From: Acidimicrobiia bacterium
GTDB taxonomy: Bacteria; Actinomycetota; Acidimicrobiia; Spongiisociales; UBA5794
Direction: 5' to 3'
Assembly: GCA_013003515.1 (NCBI GenBank)
Contig: JABDIW010000041.1
Span: forward strand, 1 to 36,794
Length of the DNA: 36,794 bases
Under the pieces are notes generated by a model, which was given only the letters and a program-made list of their open reading frames with translations, ran no database searches and was not told the origin of the DNA. Positions 20,678 through 29,289 of the stretch are shown here, piece by piece (positions within the stretch are counted from its first letter, which is position 1; every line of letters starts with the position of its first letter). Position numbers and translations under genes: made by a program.

Positions 20678-22438
20678 TTATGGTGTGGCGGTGATCGAGT
20701 CACCGACGTAGACGAACGTGGAGGTCGAGAAGTTGAGGACGAGGTCTTGGTCGGTTGACGTCTTCGACTTGACCTGGAGGTCGATCTCGTCGCCCTCCTC
20801 GACCACGAACAGGTCGACAATGGAACCGTGCCAGGCGACCGCGTTGTTCGACGGCGCTGACTCCAACATCTGCCCGCGCTTCTGACCGTTGAGGACGTGA
20901 CGGAGGCCACGGAGGCCGTCGTCGCCGAGTGTCGTCTCGTCCTCGTCGTCGGCTGCGGTGGGGTCAATCGTCGCGTTGCTGATCGCCAGCACGAGGCCGG
21001 GGTAGGGAGCCTTGAAGCCGCCGTTGTTGTTGACGACCTTGATCGGTGAGTCGTCCTGGGTCACGCCATGGGGGGCGAACAGCGTGCGCACGTGGCTGAC
21101 GGTCTTCCACTTGCCGTCTTCGGTGTGCTGGCCATCCTTGCGGCTCATGTAGCGCTTGACGATGAGCGGCGCCCACAGGTAGTCCATGACGTCAGAGAGC
21201 ACGTTCATGTAGCCGTGGGGCAGGTAGGCGGTGCTCATGTCTGCGTAGCTCGGCAGCTCGGCCGCTGGAGGAAGACCGGTCTTCTCCTTGACGAACTTCT
21301 GGCCCTCGGCACTGGTGTCGTCAGGGTCACCGGCGACCATGGTCACGGCGAGGTAGGAGTTGTGCTGGCCTTCGAGGACCGGGGATGTGGCGACCGCGTA
21401 GGCTTGCACGCGAACGATGTCGCCGATCTCCAGCTTCACGATGTCGTGGTTCTCGACGAAGGTCTCGCCGTTGATCGCGTAGGGTCCGGTGCCAGTGCTC
21501 GAACCGCTCGGCTGGGAGCCGTTGACGGTGAAGCGGGAGTTGACACGGTTGCCTGAGGTGTTGATCCCCGAGAATGCCAGGCAGGACGCGAGCCAGTAGT
21601 ACCCGGCTTGCTGGATGATGATCTGGGCTGCCCCGACGCCGACCATTGCGTCGTCGGTCTCATAGACGTTGTCCGCCATGTTGGCGTAAGTCCAGGTGCT
21701 CGACGTGAGCGACTGGTTGGCGTTCTGACGGATACGGGCCGCTGGGCGGTTGTCCAACCTGTTCTGGTTGTTCGCCATGTTGTTCCACCAGTCGATCGGT
21801 GAGTCGTTCACCGTGATGCGAGCTGGGGCGTAGTTGAGGGTGCTGTTCCCGTTACTTCCAATGTGGAGACCCCACCAGTGTGCGGGCTCGTTGTTGGACA
21901 TCGTCGAGAGTGGCGTGGTCGTGTCGCTGTGATGGACTTGCACCTGAAAGGCGTAGTCGGCGTCGGTGAAGTTCATGACCGTCGCGGCGTGGAACCTGTG
22001 CGCCTTGTCGGTGGCCTGGGCGAGCTGGTTGTTGAGCTGGAGATTCGTGGTGCCGTCGGTGCGGCGCAGTCGGATCTCGCGCTCACCGTCGCCTGTGCCC
22101 GGCCGCAGTCCTCCCGTGAAGCCACACGCCCAGATGCCCGGCTCACCTTTGCCGAGATTGATCCAGTCCGACAAGATGTCGGTTGCGGACTCGAAGAGTT
22201 CGTTAGAACTCCCTTCGAGCCAGACGGTATGCCACTCCTCGCTTCCTGAGACAGGGATGTTGTAGTTGACGCTTTGGAACGACCCCGATGCCAACGACGA
22301 AGCGCCCGTAGTGTTCTCTCGGATCAGGAACGTCGAGCGTCCACGCCGGAACCAGTCGATGTTGTCTTCGAGGTCCTGGAGCTGGGCTGCCGAGATGGCC
22401 CCCGTAGCGCCCTTGGTGGCGACCGCAGTGAAGCTCAT
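20678..22438 (-). CDS. Minor tail / tail-tip protein (586 aa) with apparent threefold internal repetition
   Basis: ATGA overlap with the distal tail gene. Three segments of roughly 170 aa each end in a GD.I.VQV-like strand (AFQVQVHH, GDIVRVQAY, GDEIDLQVK). Confidence 0.7.
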   Translation of the reverse strand: MSFTAVATKGATGAISAAQLQDLEDNIDWFRRGRSTFLIRENTTGASSLASGSFQSVNYNIPVSGSEEWHTVWLEGSSNELFESATDILSDWINLGKGEPGIWACGFTGGLRPGTGDGEREIRLRRTDGTTNLQLNNQLAQATDKAHRFHAATVMNFTDADYAFQVQVHHSDTTTPLSTMSNNEPAHWWGLHIGSNGNSTLNYAPARITVNDSPIDWWNNMANNQNRLDNRPAARIRQNANQSLTSSTWTYANMADNVYETDDAMVGVGAAQIIIQQAGYYWLASCLAFSGINTSGNRVNSRFTVNGSQPSGSSTGTGPYAINGETFVENHDIVKLEIGDIVRVQAYAVATSPVLEGQHNSYLAVTMVAGDPDDTSAEGQKFVKEKTGLPPAAELPSYADMSTAYLPHGYMNVLSDVMDYLWAPLIVKRYMSRKDGQHTEDGKWKTVSHVRTLFAPHGVTQDDSPIKVVNNNGGFKAPYPGLVLAISNATIDPTAADDEDETTLGDDGLRGLRHVLNGQKRGQMLESAPSNNAVAWHGSIVDLFVVEEGDEIDLQVKSKTSTDQDLVLNFSTSTFVYVGDSITATP

Positions 22439-23640
22439 TCCGCTGGCCTCCCTGAGGTCTGATTGGCGACCCCGACCTCATGCCAGTTGTCTGAGCGGGT
22501 CTGGCGGTTGGTGTCGTAGGGGGACAGTCCCAGCTTCATGGTCCAATCCTGCTCGGTCATCTCGTGCGTGACGGTCTCGATGCGGTGATCGACGTCGTAG
22601 TTGGAGGCGTGGCCCACGAAAGGCAGGTTCACCCCGAGCGAGGTGAGCGGCTCGAAGTGCGAGAGCATGAGCTGATCGGAGATGAGGTCCGGCGCCGAGA
22701 TGGGTTTAATCGTGACCTCCTTGAGTGCCTGCACCGTCGAGATCGCTCCGTCGCCCGCGGCCCACGCCTGGGCCTCGACGTCGCCGTCATACATCGCCTG
22801 CGTGCCGTTGATCGACCGAACGATCCTGATCTCGTTCGCTGTGGTCGTGCCGCGGGTGAGCACCTTGCCGGTCACGCCCGAGCTGCTTCCCTCGGTCACG
22901 TCTTGGGAATCGAGGAAGTTCGAGGGGACCACGTCCGCCGCCGAGACATGGTCTTCGGTGAGGTCGAAGTTGACCGTCGAGTAGTCGGTGTCGGTGTAGA
23001 TGGTGTGGCGGTCCAGGAAGACCAGCTCGCCGCGGTTGTTGCAGAAGAACGCACCGTGCTCGGTGCGCTGCATCTCCTGGCAGATGCTCAGGGCGTTGCC
23101 GTTGAGGGTCGTGGCCGGACACATCACGGTTCCGCTGTCGATGCGGTCACGCAGGGCACTGGGCGTGCCGACGTGATCGAGTACGGCCGCTACACGTGTG
23201 CCGGTGAGTTCGGCCGGGCGCTCCAGCTCCTCGACGTTGAAGCGACCGAGCGAGGTCGACAGGAGGTCTTGCCCGGTCATCACGGCGCCCGAGTGGGTGT
23301 TGAAGTGGCCGATCGCGATGTTCGTGCAGTAGACGCGCCCGAGGCGGTGCGGCGTGGCGAAGAGGTCATCGGAGAAGGTCAGGCGCATGGCCATGCCCTT
23401 GCGGAGGTTGTTGTAGTGCGGGCTCGACGAGTTATCCCGGTCCCACTGCCCCGAGTTATTGCGGAGCTTGAACTGGATCTCCCGCGGGCGGAAGTTGCCG
23501 CCGTCGCCGCCCTGGCGTCCAGTCACCATGCGTGCGCCGTGGATGTCGGAGGTGATGTCGACCCACGTGCTCGCGGTCAGGGGCGCGTTGTAGCTGATCT
23601 CGGCTCGGAGCCATGTGTCGAGGTTCGGCCCAAGAGGCAT
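22435..23640 (-). CDS. Distal tail protein (siphovirus tail component family)
   Basis: Immediately follows the tape measure gene (TAATG overlap). The N-terminus ...WVDITSDIHGARMVTGRQ... is typical of Dit-like proteins. The call is mainly positional. Confidence 0.7.
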   Translation of the reverse strand: MPLGPNLDTWLRAEISYNAPLTASTWVDITSDIHGARMVTGRQGGDGGNFRPREIQFKLRNNSGQWDRDNSSSPHYNNLRKGMAMRLTFSDDLFATPHRLGRVYCTNIAIGHFNTHSGAVMTGQDLLSTSLGRFNVEELERPAELTGTRVAAVLDHVGTPSALRDRIDSGTVMCPATTLNGNALSICQEMQRTEHGAFFCNNRGELVFLDRHTIYTDTDYSTVNFDLTEDHVSAADVVPSNFLDSQDVTEGSSSGVTGKVLTRGTTTANEIRIVRSINGTQAMYDGDVEAQAWAAGDGAISTVQALKEVTIKPISAPDLISDQLMLSHFEPLTSLGVNLPFVGHASNYDVDHRIETVTHEMTEQDWTMKLGLSPYDTNRQTRSDNWHEVGVANQTSGRPAE

Positions 23641-25952
23641 TACGCGCTCGCTCCTCGGATGATGAGCGGTGCCCCGCCCTCACTGTTGAGGGCGTTGACG
23701 ACGCCGCGACCGACTTCGATGCCGTCAAGTTCGATGGTGATCGGCTGGTTGGTACCGGTGGTCCGCCCTGGCCCGGTTGGGACGAAGAGGGCAGACTGGG
23801 TGCCGCCAGCGTTCGGGATACGAGCCGAGACGACTTGACTCCCGCCCGAGGCCCCGCCGTCCGAGCTGCCGCCCGTCGAACCGTTGCTCGTACCACCCTG
23901 GCTGCGTGGGGTGGTCGGAATCGTCGGCGTGATGAACAGCGTTCCGAGATTGGCCTGGGTCTCAGCGATCCAGACAAGCATCGCACGTGTAGCGGCGTCG
24001 AAGCCCTCGACCTCCAGGCTCACTTCGATGATGTCGGGGACCTGTTCCATCTTGGTGATCAACATGCCGAGGTCTTCTTCGGACACGCCAGCGTCCCTGG
24101 CGAGGTCGATGATGGGCTGCTTGGCGAACGCCCACGCGGCCGCTATCTGATCGGGCGTGAGGTTCTGCTCCAAGGCCATCGTCGCGACCGTGTCGGCAGC
24201 CGCCGACGCGGCAGCCTCGAACGCTTGGGCAGCCGCGTACCCTTCGTCAGTGAACTTCGAGAACGAGCCGCCCGAGCCGCCGTCTTTCTCTGGCGCCAGA
24301 GCCTCTTGGAGGTCACGTAGTGCTGCCTGGAGGGCGTACTCTTCGTCGTCGAAGAACAGGAGGTCGATCATCTCTCGGGTGGCGCGCTTGGCGTCGTCCA
24401 TGACGTCCGCCATCTTCTTGCCCTCGACCTTGAGCATCGTCACCTTGGAGGTGAATTTCTCGAGTTTCTCGGCGCCCTCGTCGCCCGCGTCGCCGACATC
24501 TTCGACCGCAGCCGCTACGTCGTTGAGGCCGAGCGCCTCGGCGTTCTCCGCTATAGCGGCACCACGTTCGAGCACCTCGAAGAGTTCGCGCAATGCAGCC
24601 TGGGCTTCGAGCCGCGGCGTGTCGCCGCTGTCGCCAAATAGGCGACCGAGGAGACTCGTGTCCGGCAATTGCACGTCGTCGAAGTTGAGGAGCTTGAGGA
24701 AGGTCTCTACTTCCCCTCCTGCGCCCGAGAAGGCGGTCTCTATCATCTCTGCGCTGATACTCGCCTCGGCGAGTTGCTCGGCGAGGTTGATATCGGAGAG
24801 AACGAACTGTCGCAGAAAGTTGCCCTGGCCGAGGAACGCGTCGCCGACTGCCTTGATCTCTTCCGCTACATCACGTGCGAGCGCTGCGGTCCGTTCTTGT
24901 TGCGTGTTGTAGTTGTCCCAGAAGATCAGCGCGCCTGCGAGTGCCGCCCCGATGCCAGCGATCGCCAGCTTGGTGCTTACGGCAGTCGTACGGAATCGGG
25001 CGAGACCGTCCTTCACTTTGCGGACGTTGCCAGCGAAGACGGCAGCTCCACCGGCTGCGAAGTTGAAGGCCGTGACGAGTATGCCAAGGCGAACAATGTT
25101 CTTCTGGACCTCAGGGTCGAGGCTCGTGAACGCGTTGAGGAGGCCGAGCACGCCACCGGCAAGTTCCTTGATCACCGGCAGGGCTTCTTGGCCGAGGAGC
25201 GCCACCGAGTCCTCGAACTCGGCTCGGACCTGGGCCTGGGTGCGGGCCAGCTCGTTGGCTGGATCAAGGTAGGCGCCAATGGTGTCTGCGGTCTGCTCGG
25301 TCAGTAGGTCGACGGCGGCGACCGCTTCGGCGTGACGGAGGAGAGCTGGCGTAGAGTCGTCGAGCCCGAGCGTTGCCACCCGCGCTGAGATCATCGCCTG
25401 AGTGATCGTGACGCCGAAGCGCTCGATCGTGTCGAACTCCTTACGGAAGATGCCCGAGATCGCGTTGACGGCCTCGCCTTGGGTCCGACCGAACGCTGCG
25501 GCGCGATCGTTACCGATCGTGAGCACCTTGTTCGTGAGTTCGGCTGCCTCTTCGAGATCGAAGCCGAGGTTCTTGATCTGCGAGCCGATTGTGCCAGCGG
25601 CCTGCCGGTACGCCTGCTCGGAGAGCCCGAGCTTCTCGGCGCTCACCTTGGCGAACTCGTCGATCTTGCTTGCGGCGTCCCCGAAGACGGTGCCCGTCAA
25701 GAACTGACTCTTGGCCAGATCCTCACCGGCACGCGCAGCCTTCGAGAGCCCGGTCAGCATGAGCGTGCCCGCAGCGAGCATCCGTGCGCCGGTCTTGCGC
25801 CACGCGGCCGATGTGGCGTCGGCTGCCTTGGTGGACTTTTTACCTGAGCGGTCCGCGGCGTCACCGAAGCGATCCAGCTCACGCGCGGCGAGCTGGCCGT
25901 CCTTCACGCGCAGCGCGAAGGTGACCGTGTTGGTGAAGCTCATGCCACGCAT
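23640..25952 (-). CDS. Tape measure protein (770 aa)
   Basis: Long, Ala/Gly/Leu-rich and helical, with hydrophobic segments. Lies directly after the frameshifted chaperone pair. Confidence 0.85.
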   Translation of the reverse strand: MRGMSFTNTVTFALRVKDGQLAARELDRFGDAADRSGKKSTKAADATSAAWRKTGARMLAAGTLMLTGLSKAARAGEDLAKSQFLTGTVFGDAASKIDEFAKVSAEKLGLSEQAYRQAAGTIGSQIKNLGFDLEEAAELTNKVLTIGNDRAAAFGRTQGEAVNAISGIFRKEFDTIERFGVTITQAMISARVATLGLDDSTPALLRHAEAVAAVDLLTEQTADTIGAYLDPANELARTQAQVRAEFEDSVALLGQEALPVIKELAGGVLGLLNAFTSLDPEVQKNIVRLGILVTAFNFAAGGAAVFAGNVRKVKDGLARFRTTAVSTKLAIAGIGAALAGALIFWDNYNTQQERTAALARDVAEEIKAVGDAFLGQGNFLRQFVLSDINLAEQLAEASISAEMIETAFSGAGGEVETFLKLLNFDDVQLPDTSLLGRLFGDSGDTPRLEAQAALRELFEVLERGAAIAENAEALGLNDVAAAVEDVGDAGDEGAEKLEKFTSKVTMLKVEGKKMADVMDDAKRATREMIDLLFFDDEEYALQAALRDLQEALAPEKDGGSGGSFSKFTDEGYAAAQAFEAAASAAADTVATMALEQNLTPDQIAAAWAFAKQPIIDLARDAGVSEEDLGMLITKMEQVPDIIEVSLEVEGFDAATRAMLVWIAETQANLGTLFITPTIPTTPRSQGGTSNGSTGGSSDGGASGGSQVVSARIPNAGGTQSALFVPTGPGRTTGTNQPITIELDGIEVGRGVVNALNSEGGAPLIIRGASA

Positions 25953-25955
25953 AGG

Positions 25956-26662
25956 TCAGGACTTCCGTTCTTCTGCTTCTTCTCGGGCTTTACGGTTCGC
26001 TTCTTTGCCGCGCCAGCACAGCTCGCGGAGGTCGCCCATCATCTGCTCGTAGACGACTGACGGAGGCCAGTGATGCTGGATGGCGAACCAGCTCACGACG
26101 TCGTCTAGCTCCCAGACGACGAAGTGCTTGCTTCCGACTCGCTTGACGGGGTTTCCGCCGTCTCCGTGGTCGAATCGGGACTTGGGGCGCCGAAGTTCGC
26201 GCTCGGATACATAGTCCCGGAAGGCTCTTTTGGGTCGGGTGCGATGGCCTCCATCGACAGCCCGTTCATGAGGGCGCTTTGGGGGATGCGATCGAGCATT
26301 GCTTCGGCGTCGGCAGCGTCGCGGCCCATCGAGATGATCATGTGCGCTCGGACGAACTCATAGAGGAGGCGCCCGTCGTTGAGGAGGCCCTCGTAGCCGA
26401 GGCCCATCATCGTCACGCCGGTCCGCTCGGTGACCATGCGGACTTCTCCGGCCGTGACCGTGTCTTCGTTGAATGAGACGCCGAGGAGAGGCTCGGTGAA
26501 GGTCCAGCGCGAACCGACGCCGTCACCAAGGGCAACGGCGGCGGCGGAGACCTGGATGTCCCAGAGTTCTTCGGGTGTGTACGTGCCGCGTTCGAGGGCG
26601 GCGATGATCTGACTCGCAGGCATGTTGAGCGCCTGCGGGATGGTGGTGGCTGAGTGGATCAA
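25956..26662 (-). CDS. Tail assembly chaperone, -1 frameshifted long form (about 235 aa)
   Basis: The -1 frame is open from 26522 down to TGA 25956-25958. After the CCCAAAA slip it encodes ...KHFVVWELDDVVSWFAIQHHWPPSVVYEQMMGDLRELCWRGKEANRKAREEAEERKS. It ends 3 nt before the tape measure ATG. Confidence 0.6.
26105..26662 (-). CDS. Tail assembly chaperone, short form (185 aa)
   Basis: Position immediately upstream of the tape measure gene. TTG start at 26662 with GGAGG 9 nt upstream, overlapping the upstream TGA. Ser/Thr/Glu-rich tail. Confidence 0.7.
   Translation of the reverse strand: MIHSATTIPQALNMPASQIIAALERGTYTPEELWDIQVSAAAVALGDGVGSRWTFTEPLLGVSFNEDTVTAGEVRMVTERTGVTMMGLGYEGLLNDGRLLYEFVRAHMIISMGRDAADAEAMLDRIPQSALMNGLSMEAIAPDPKEPSGTMYPSANFGAPSPDSTTETAETPSSESEASTSSSGS
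26228..26234 (-). promoter_or_regulatory. -1 programmed ribosomal frameshift slippery heptamer C CCA AAA
   Basis: Plus strand ttttggg reads CCCAAAA on the minus strand. In the zero frame it reads GAC CCA AAA GAG, the X XXY YYZ pattern. Confidence 0.6.
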
Positions 26663-27273
26663 GAGACAAGACCTCCAATGGTCTCGATGAACATGAGCCT
26701 GTTCCAGGCTGTGAATGCTTCGGCCGTGCCCTTGTCGAAACCGGGCGTGACGAAGTTCTTGCCCCGTGAGCCGGGGTGGTGGACGTAGAGCACGGGGTGA
26801 GGGAGGCCCGCGTACATGAGGGCCTTCTTGCCACCGGCTCGCCGCCGGAAGCGGTTCGGGACTGCTTTGCCGCCCGCTCCTGCGATCGCTCCTGCGCTCA
26901 CCGCGTCGGGTGGGTTGCGCGCTGCGATGAGGTGGGGCCGGGAGCCTTGGTCCAAGGTGACGGTCGCGCCGACGGCGGACTTGCCGCCCTTGGGCGTGAT
27001 GATCGTGTAGGGCTCGGACCGCATGCGGGTGGTGCGGGCGATGTAGCCGCGGTACGGCTTGCCCGCGAAGCTCGTTGCACCCTTCTTGCGTGCCTCGTCG
27101 GAGATGTTGTTGGCCACGATCCAGCCCGCACGATCGAGTGCTCGTGCCGACGGCGACGACAGCTCGGTCGACATGCCGTCGATGGCCTTGGCGAGGTCTT
27201 CGAGTGCGACCTCGGCGGACCGGGGTGGGCCTCCCGTCTTGAGGGGGCTGCCCACCCCGGTCGTCACGCCCAT
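26659..27273 (-). CDS. HK97 gp10-like tail-completion / neck protein (204 aa); positionally could instead be the major tail protein
   Basis: LDRAGWIVANNISDEARKK...HHPGSRGKNFVTPGFDKG resembles the gp10 family pattern. Its place directly upstream of the chaperones is the classical major-tail slot, so the assignment is ambiguous. Confidence 0.5.
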   Translation of the reverse strand: MGVTTGVGSPLKTGGPPRSAEVALEDLAKAIDGMSTELSSPSARALDRAGWIVANNISDEARKKGATSFAGKPYRGYIARTTRMRSEPYTIITPKGGKSAVGATVTLDQGSRPHLIAARNPPDAVSAGAIAGAGGKAVPNRFRRRAGGKKALMYAGLPHPVLYVHHPGSRGKNFVTPGFDKGTAEAFTAWNRLMFIETIGGLVS

Positions 27274-27277
27274 GAGA

Positions 27278-27682
27278 TCAGGCGTAAACCGTGGTGATGT
27301 CGAAGGCTCGCCACTGCACGTTCTGGGTGTTCAAGTCACCCTGAGACGCGTCGAGGTGGGTGAGCTGCGAGACCAGGACGTTGCCAGCCCACTCGGGGTT
27401 GGATGTGCTCGCCGCCCCGTTGAAGGGCCGCAGGACGAACGCCTGCGACGTCTTGTAGAACGGGGCGATGGTCTGGTACAGCGCCGACGCGTCGTAGTCC
27501 TGGGCGAACGTGACACGCATCGAGGCGGTGGAGAGGCCGACGACGAAGCTGCGCTGCGTCTGGCCCCACACGGTCGACTCGACTTCGTCGGACTCTTCGT
27601 CGAAGGTGACCGACTGGACGTAAGCCGAGAGATCGGCGGCGCCCACGGACAGAAAGCCGCCCGTTACGACATGGATTGCCAT
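27278..27682 (-). CDS. Putative major tail (tube) protein (134 aa)
   Basis: Own 93-nt leader with a strong AAGGAG RBS and the conserved 30-nt element. Beta-rich sequence ...LSVGAADLSAYVQSVTFDEESDEVESTVWG... resembles small tail-tube proteins. Confidence 0.5.
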   Translation of the reverse strand: MAIHVVTGGFLSVGAADLSAYVQSVTFDEESDEVESTVWGQTQRSFVVGLSTASMRVTFAQDYDASALYQTIAPFYKTSQAFVLRPFNGAASTSNPEWAGNVLVSQLTHLDASQGDLNTQNVQWRAFDITTVYA

Positions 27683-27733
27683 GGTTGTAGCTCCTTGTGG
27701 ATCGCCGAGGGGGTCCCGGCTTCGGACCGTCTC

Positions 27734-27763
27734 GGCGAGACGGCTTCATGGAGCTGGCAAGAG
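27734..27763 (-). promoter_or_regulatory. Conserved 30-nt leader element, copy 1
   Basis: Minus strand reads CTCTTGCCAGCTCCATGAAGCCGTCTCGCC and matches 20312-20341 at 26/30 positions. Shared RBS box ACAAGGAGCTA at 27688-27698. Confidence 0.5.
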
Positions 27764-27775
27764 AGATTCGCGAGG

Positions 27776-27979
27776 TCAGTCGACCTCGGTGAGGTGTCCG
27801 ATCTCGACGAGGAGGTCGGCGTTGGGAAGTTCGGCGTCGGTCGCTTCGAAGAGGTCGCCGGGCTGGTAGCCAGCGATGGCGAGGGGGCCGGTGACCTCGA
27901 ACGTGCGGGTGTCTGGGGCCACGGGCTCGGGGGTCTCTTCTTCGGTGGTCTCTTCTTCGGTGGTCTCTTCTTCGATCAC
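27776..27979 (-). CDS. Hypothetical acidic 67-aa head-tail module protein
   Basis: GTG start in a GTGA overlap. The N-terminus is the (EEETT)n repeat. Confidence 0.55.
   Translation of the reverse strand: MIEEETTEEETTEEETPEPVAPDTRTFEVTGPLAIAGYQPGDLFEATDAELPNADLLVEIGHLTEVD
27932..27974 (-). repeat. 15-bp tandem repeat, about 3 copies, in frame
   Basis: ggtctcttcttcggt repeated at 27932, 27947 and 27962 (last copy truncated). Encodes EEETTEEETTEEET. Confidence 0.8.
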
Positions 27980-28398
27980 GTGATGCTCCTGAGTAGGGCG
28001 CCCGCCACCATGTCGATGGCGAGGTAGCGCGTGTTGTCTTGCTGGTTGAGAACGACAGTCATGCCGCCGCCTGTCACCTGGAGTTCCTCGAATGGTCCCG
28101 ACGTCTCCGTCTTGAGTTCTTCGAGCACCGTCTTGAGACCGGTGTCGGGGTCGAGGATGCGGTAGCCGAGCGCCCAGCTCTCCTCGGCGATGCGGTACTT
28201 GGCTGCGAAGCGCAGCGAGAAGGTGACGTCGAGGAAGTCGCCCCAGAGGGGGTTGTTGTCGTCGATGCGGAAGTCCTGGATGAAGAAGTGGCTGTCCAGG
28301 TTGTCGTCGGGCGGGTGCGGGGTGGACGCGTAAACATCGGGATGCTCCAACGCTTTGTCGGCGAGGAGGATGGCGGCGGCTTCGATGCGTTCGGTCAC
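27976..28398 (-). CDS. Head-tail joining protein (140 aa), assigned by position
   Basis: GTGA overlaps at both ends. Lies between the adaptor-like gene and the tail genes. Confidence 0.55.
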   Translation of the reverse strand: MTERIEAAAILLADKALEHPDVYASTPHPPDDNLDSHFFIQDFRIDDNNPLWGDFLDVTFSLRFAAKYRIAEESWALGYRILDPDTGLKTVLEELKTETSGPFEELQVTGGGMTVVLNQQDNTRYLAIDMVAGALLRSIT

Positions 28399-29000
28399 AG
28401 GACGATCCTCACGAAGGGCTCGATGAGCGTCGCGGCGTCACGGTCGAGGCCGGACTGCACACGGACGACCGAGCCGAAGCCATCGACGCCGAGAGTGCCC
28501 GATGGGGCGTCCCCGCGGTCGACGAGCTTGGATGCCTGGAGCAAGGTGGCCTCGGCGATGTCGTCGGGGATCTCGGGCCATCCCCAGCGGGCCGTGACCC
28601 TCACGGAGGGCCAAGCTGCGCACGAAAGGAACTTGCCGGGGTTGATCATGACGACCGACTCGGTGGACCAGGTCCGCGAGTTGAAGCGCCCGTTGAGGGG
28701 CTCGAAGATGAAGTCGGTGTCGACGGTCAGGGCCGTCCATGAGCCGGTGCGAGCGGTCTTGTACTCGACGACCGTGTTGACGTCGGCCACGCAGTCGTCG
28801 ATGTCGAGGCGGTGGGCTTGCTCGGGCCGGAAGACCCGCGAGTTGCCGCCATGGGCTGCCGGGGCGACGGCGAAGTCGCGTCCGGTGTGTTCGGCGATCT
28901 GCGCCGTTGCCGCCTCAAGTGCGCGGGCGAGGGCGTCGTCGTTCGTTGACTTCGTCGCCCCTAGGCGCGCCTTGAGGTCGGCAATCGACGCATAGGTCAT
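28395..29000 (-). CDS. Head-tail connector / adaptor (gp6-like N-domain), 201 aa
   Basis: MTYASIADLKARLG...NDDALARALEAATAQIAEHTGRDF matches the gp6-like head-tail connector signature. Confidence 0.7.
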   Translation of the reverse strand: MTYASIADLKARLGATKSTNDDALARALEAATAQIAEHTGRDFAVAPAAHGGNSRVFRPEQAHRLDIDDCVADVNTVVEYKTARTGSWTALTVDTDFIFEPLNGRFNSRTWSTESVVMINPGKFLSCAAWPSVRVTARWGWPEIPDDIAEATLLQASKLVDRGDAPSGTLGVDGFGSVVRVQSGLDRDAATLIEPFVRIVL

Positions 29001-29003
29001 GGC

Positions 29004-29207
29004 CTACTCGTCATCCTCGGGTGCGGGCTCGGCCTTGGCTGCCTTGGTCGCTGCGCCCTTGCGCGGCGACTTGACGGGCTGCTTGTCGCCGTCAGGCGTC
29101 GAGACTTCGTCGAACCGGTCGGGAAGATCGAAGTCGGTGTCGTAGAGCGACCCTTCCTGGACGAGCGTGCGTCCAGTCATGAAGCTCTTTCGGGCACGGT
29201 ATGGCAT
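29004..29207 (-). CDS. Hypothetical 67-aa protein downstream of the capsid gene
   Basis: ATG 29207 with ACAGGAG RBS. Lys/Ala/Pro-rich acidic tail. Confidence 0.55.
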   Translation of the reverse strand: MPYRARKSFMTGRTLVQEGSLYDTDFDLPDRFDEVSTPDGDKQPVKSPRKGAATKAAKAEPAPEDDE

Positions 29208-29252
29208 GGGTATTGCTCCTGTCGTAGGGGGGGCTGTTGGTGGCTGGATGAA

Positions 29253-29289
29253 CGACGGGGACCCCGAGCCACCTGCGGGGTCCCCGTCG
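29253..29289 (-). terminator. Perfect 14-bp stem-loop after the major capsid gene (terminator or attenuator)
   Basis: cgacggggaccccg / cggggtccccgtcg with a 9-nt loop. Starts 46 nt downstream of the capsid stop. Confidence 0.6.

Noticed and set aside
22564-23838. 424-aa plus-strand ORF antisense to the distal tail protein gene. Similar antisense ORFs lie at 29167..30792 (541 aa) and 34818..35915 (365 aa).
   Set aside because: All lie opposite well-supported structural genes (Dit, capsid, TerL) and have the biased amino-acid composition of GC-rich antisense frames.
27336-27749. 137-aa minus-strand ORF starting inside the tail-tube leader and overlapping the tube gene out of frame.
   Set aside because: The product is Arg/Pro/Gly-rich (MKPSRRDGPKPGPPRR...). 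The overlapping frame has a strong AAGGAG RBS and protein-like sequence.
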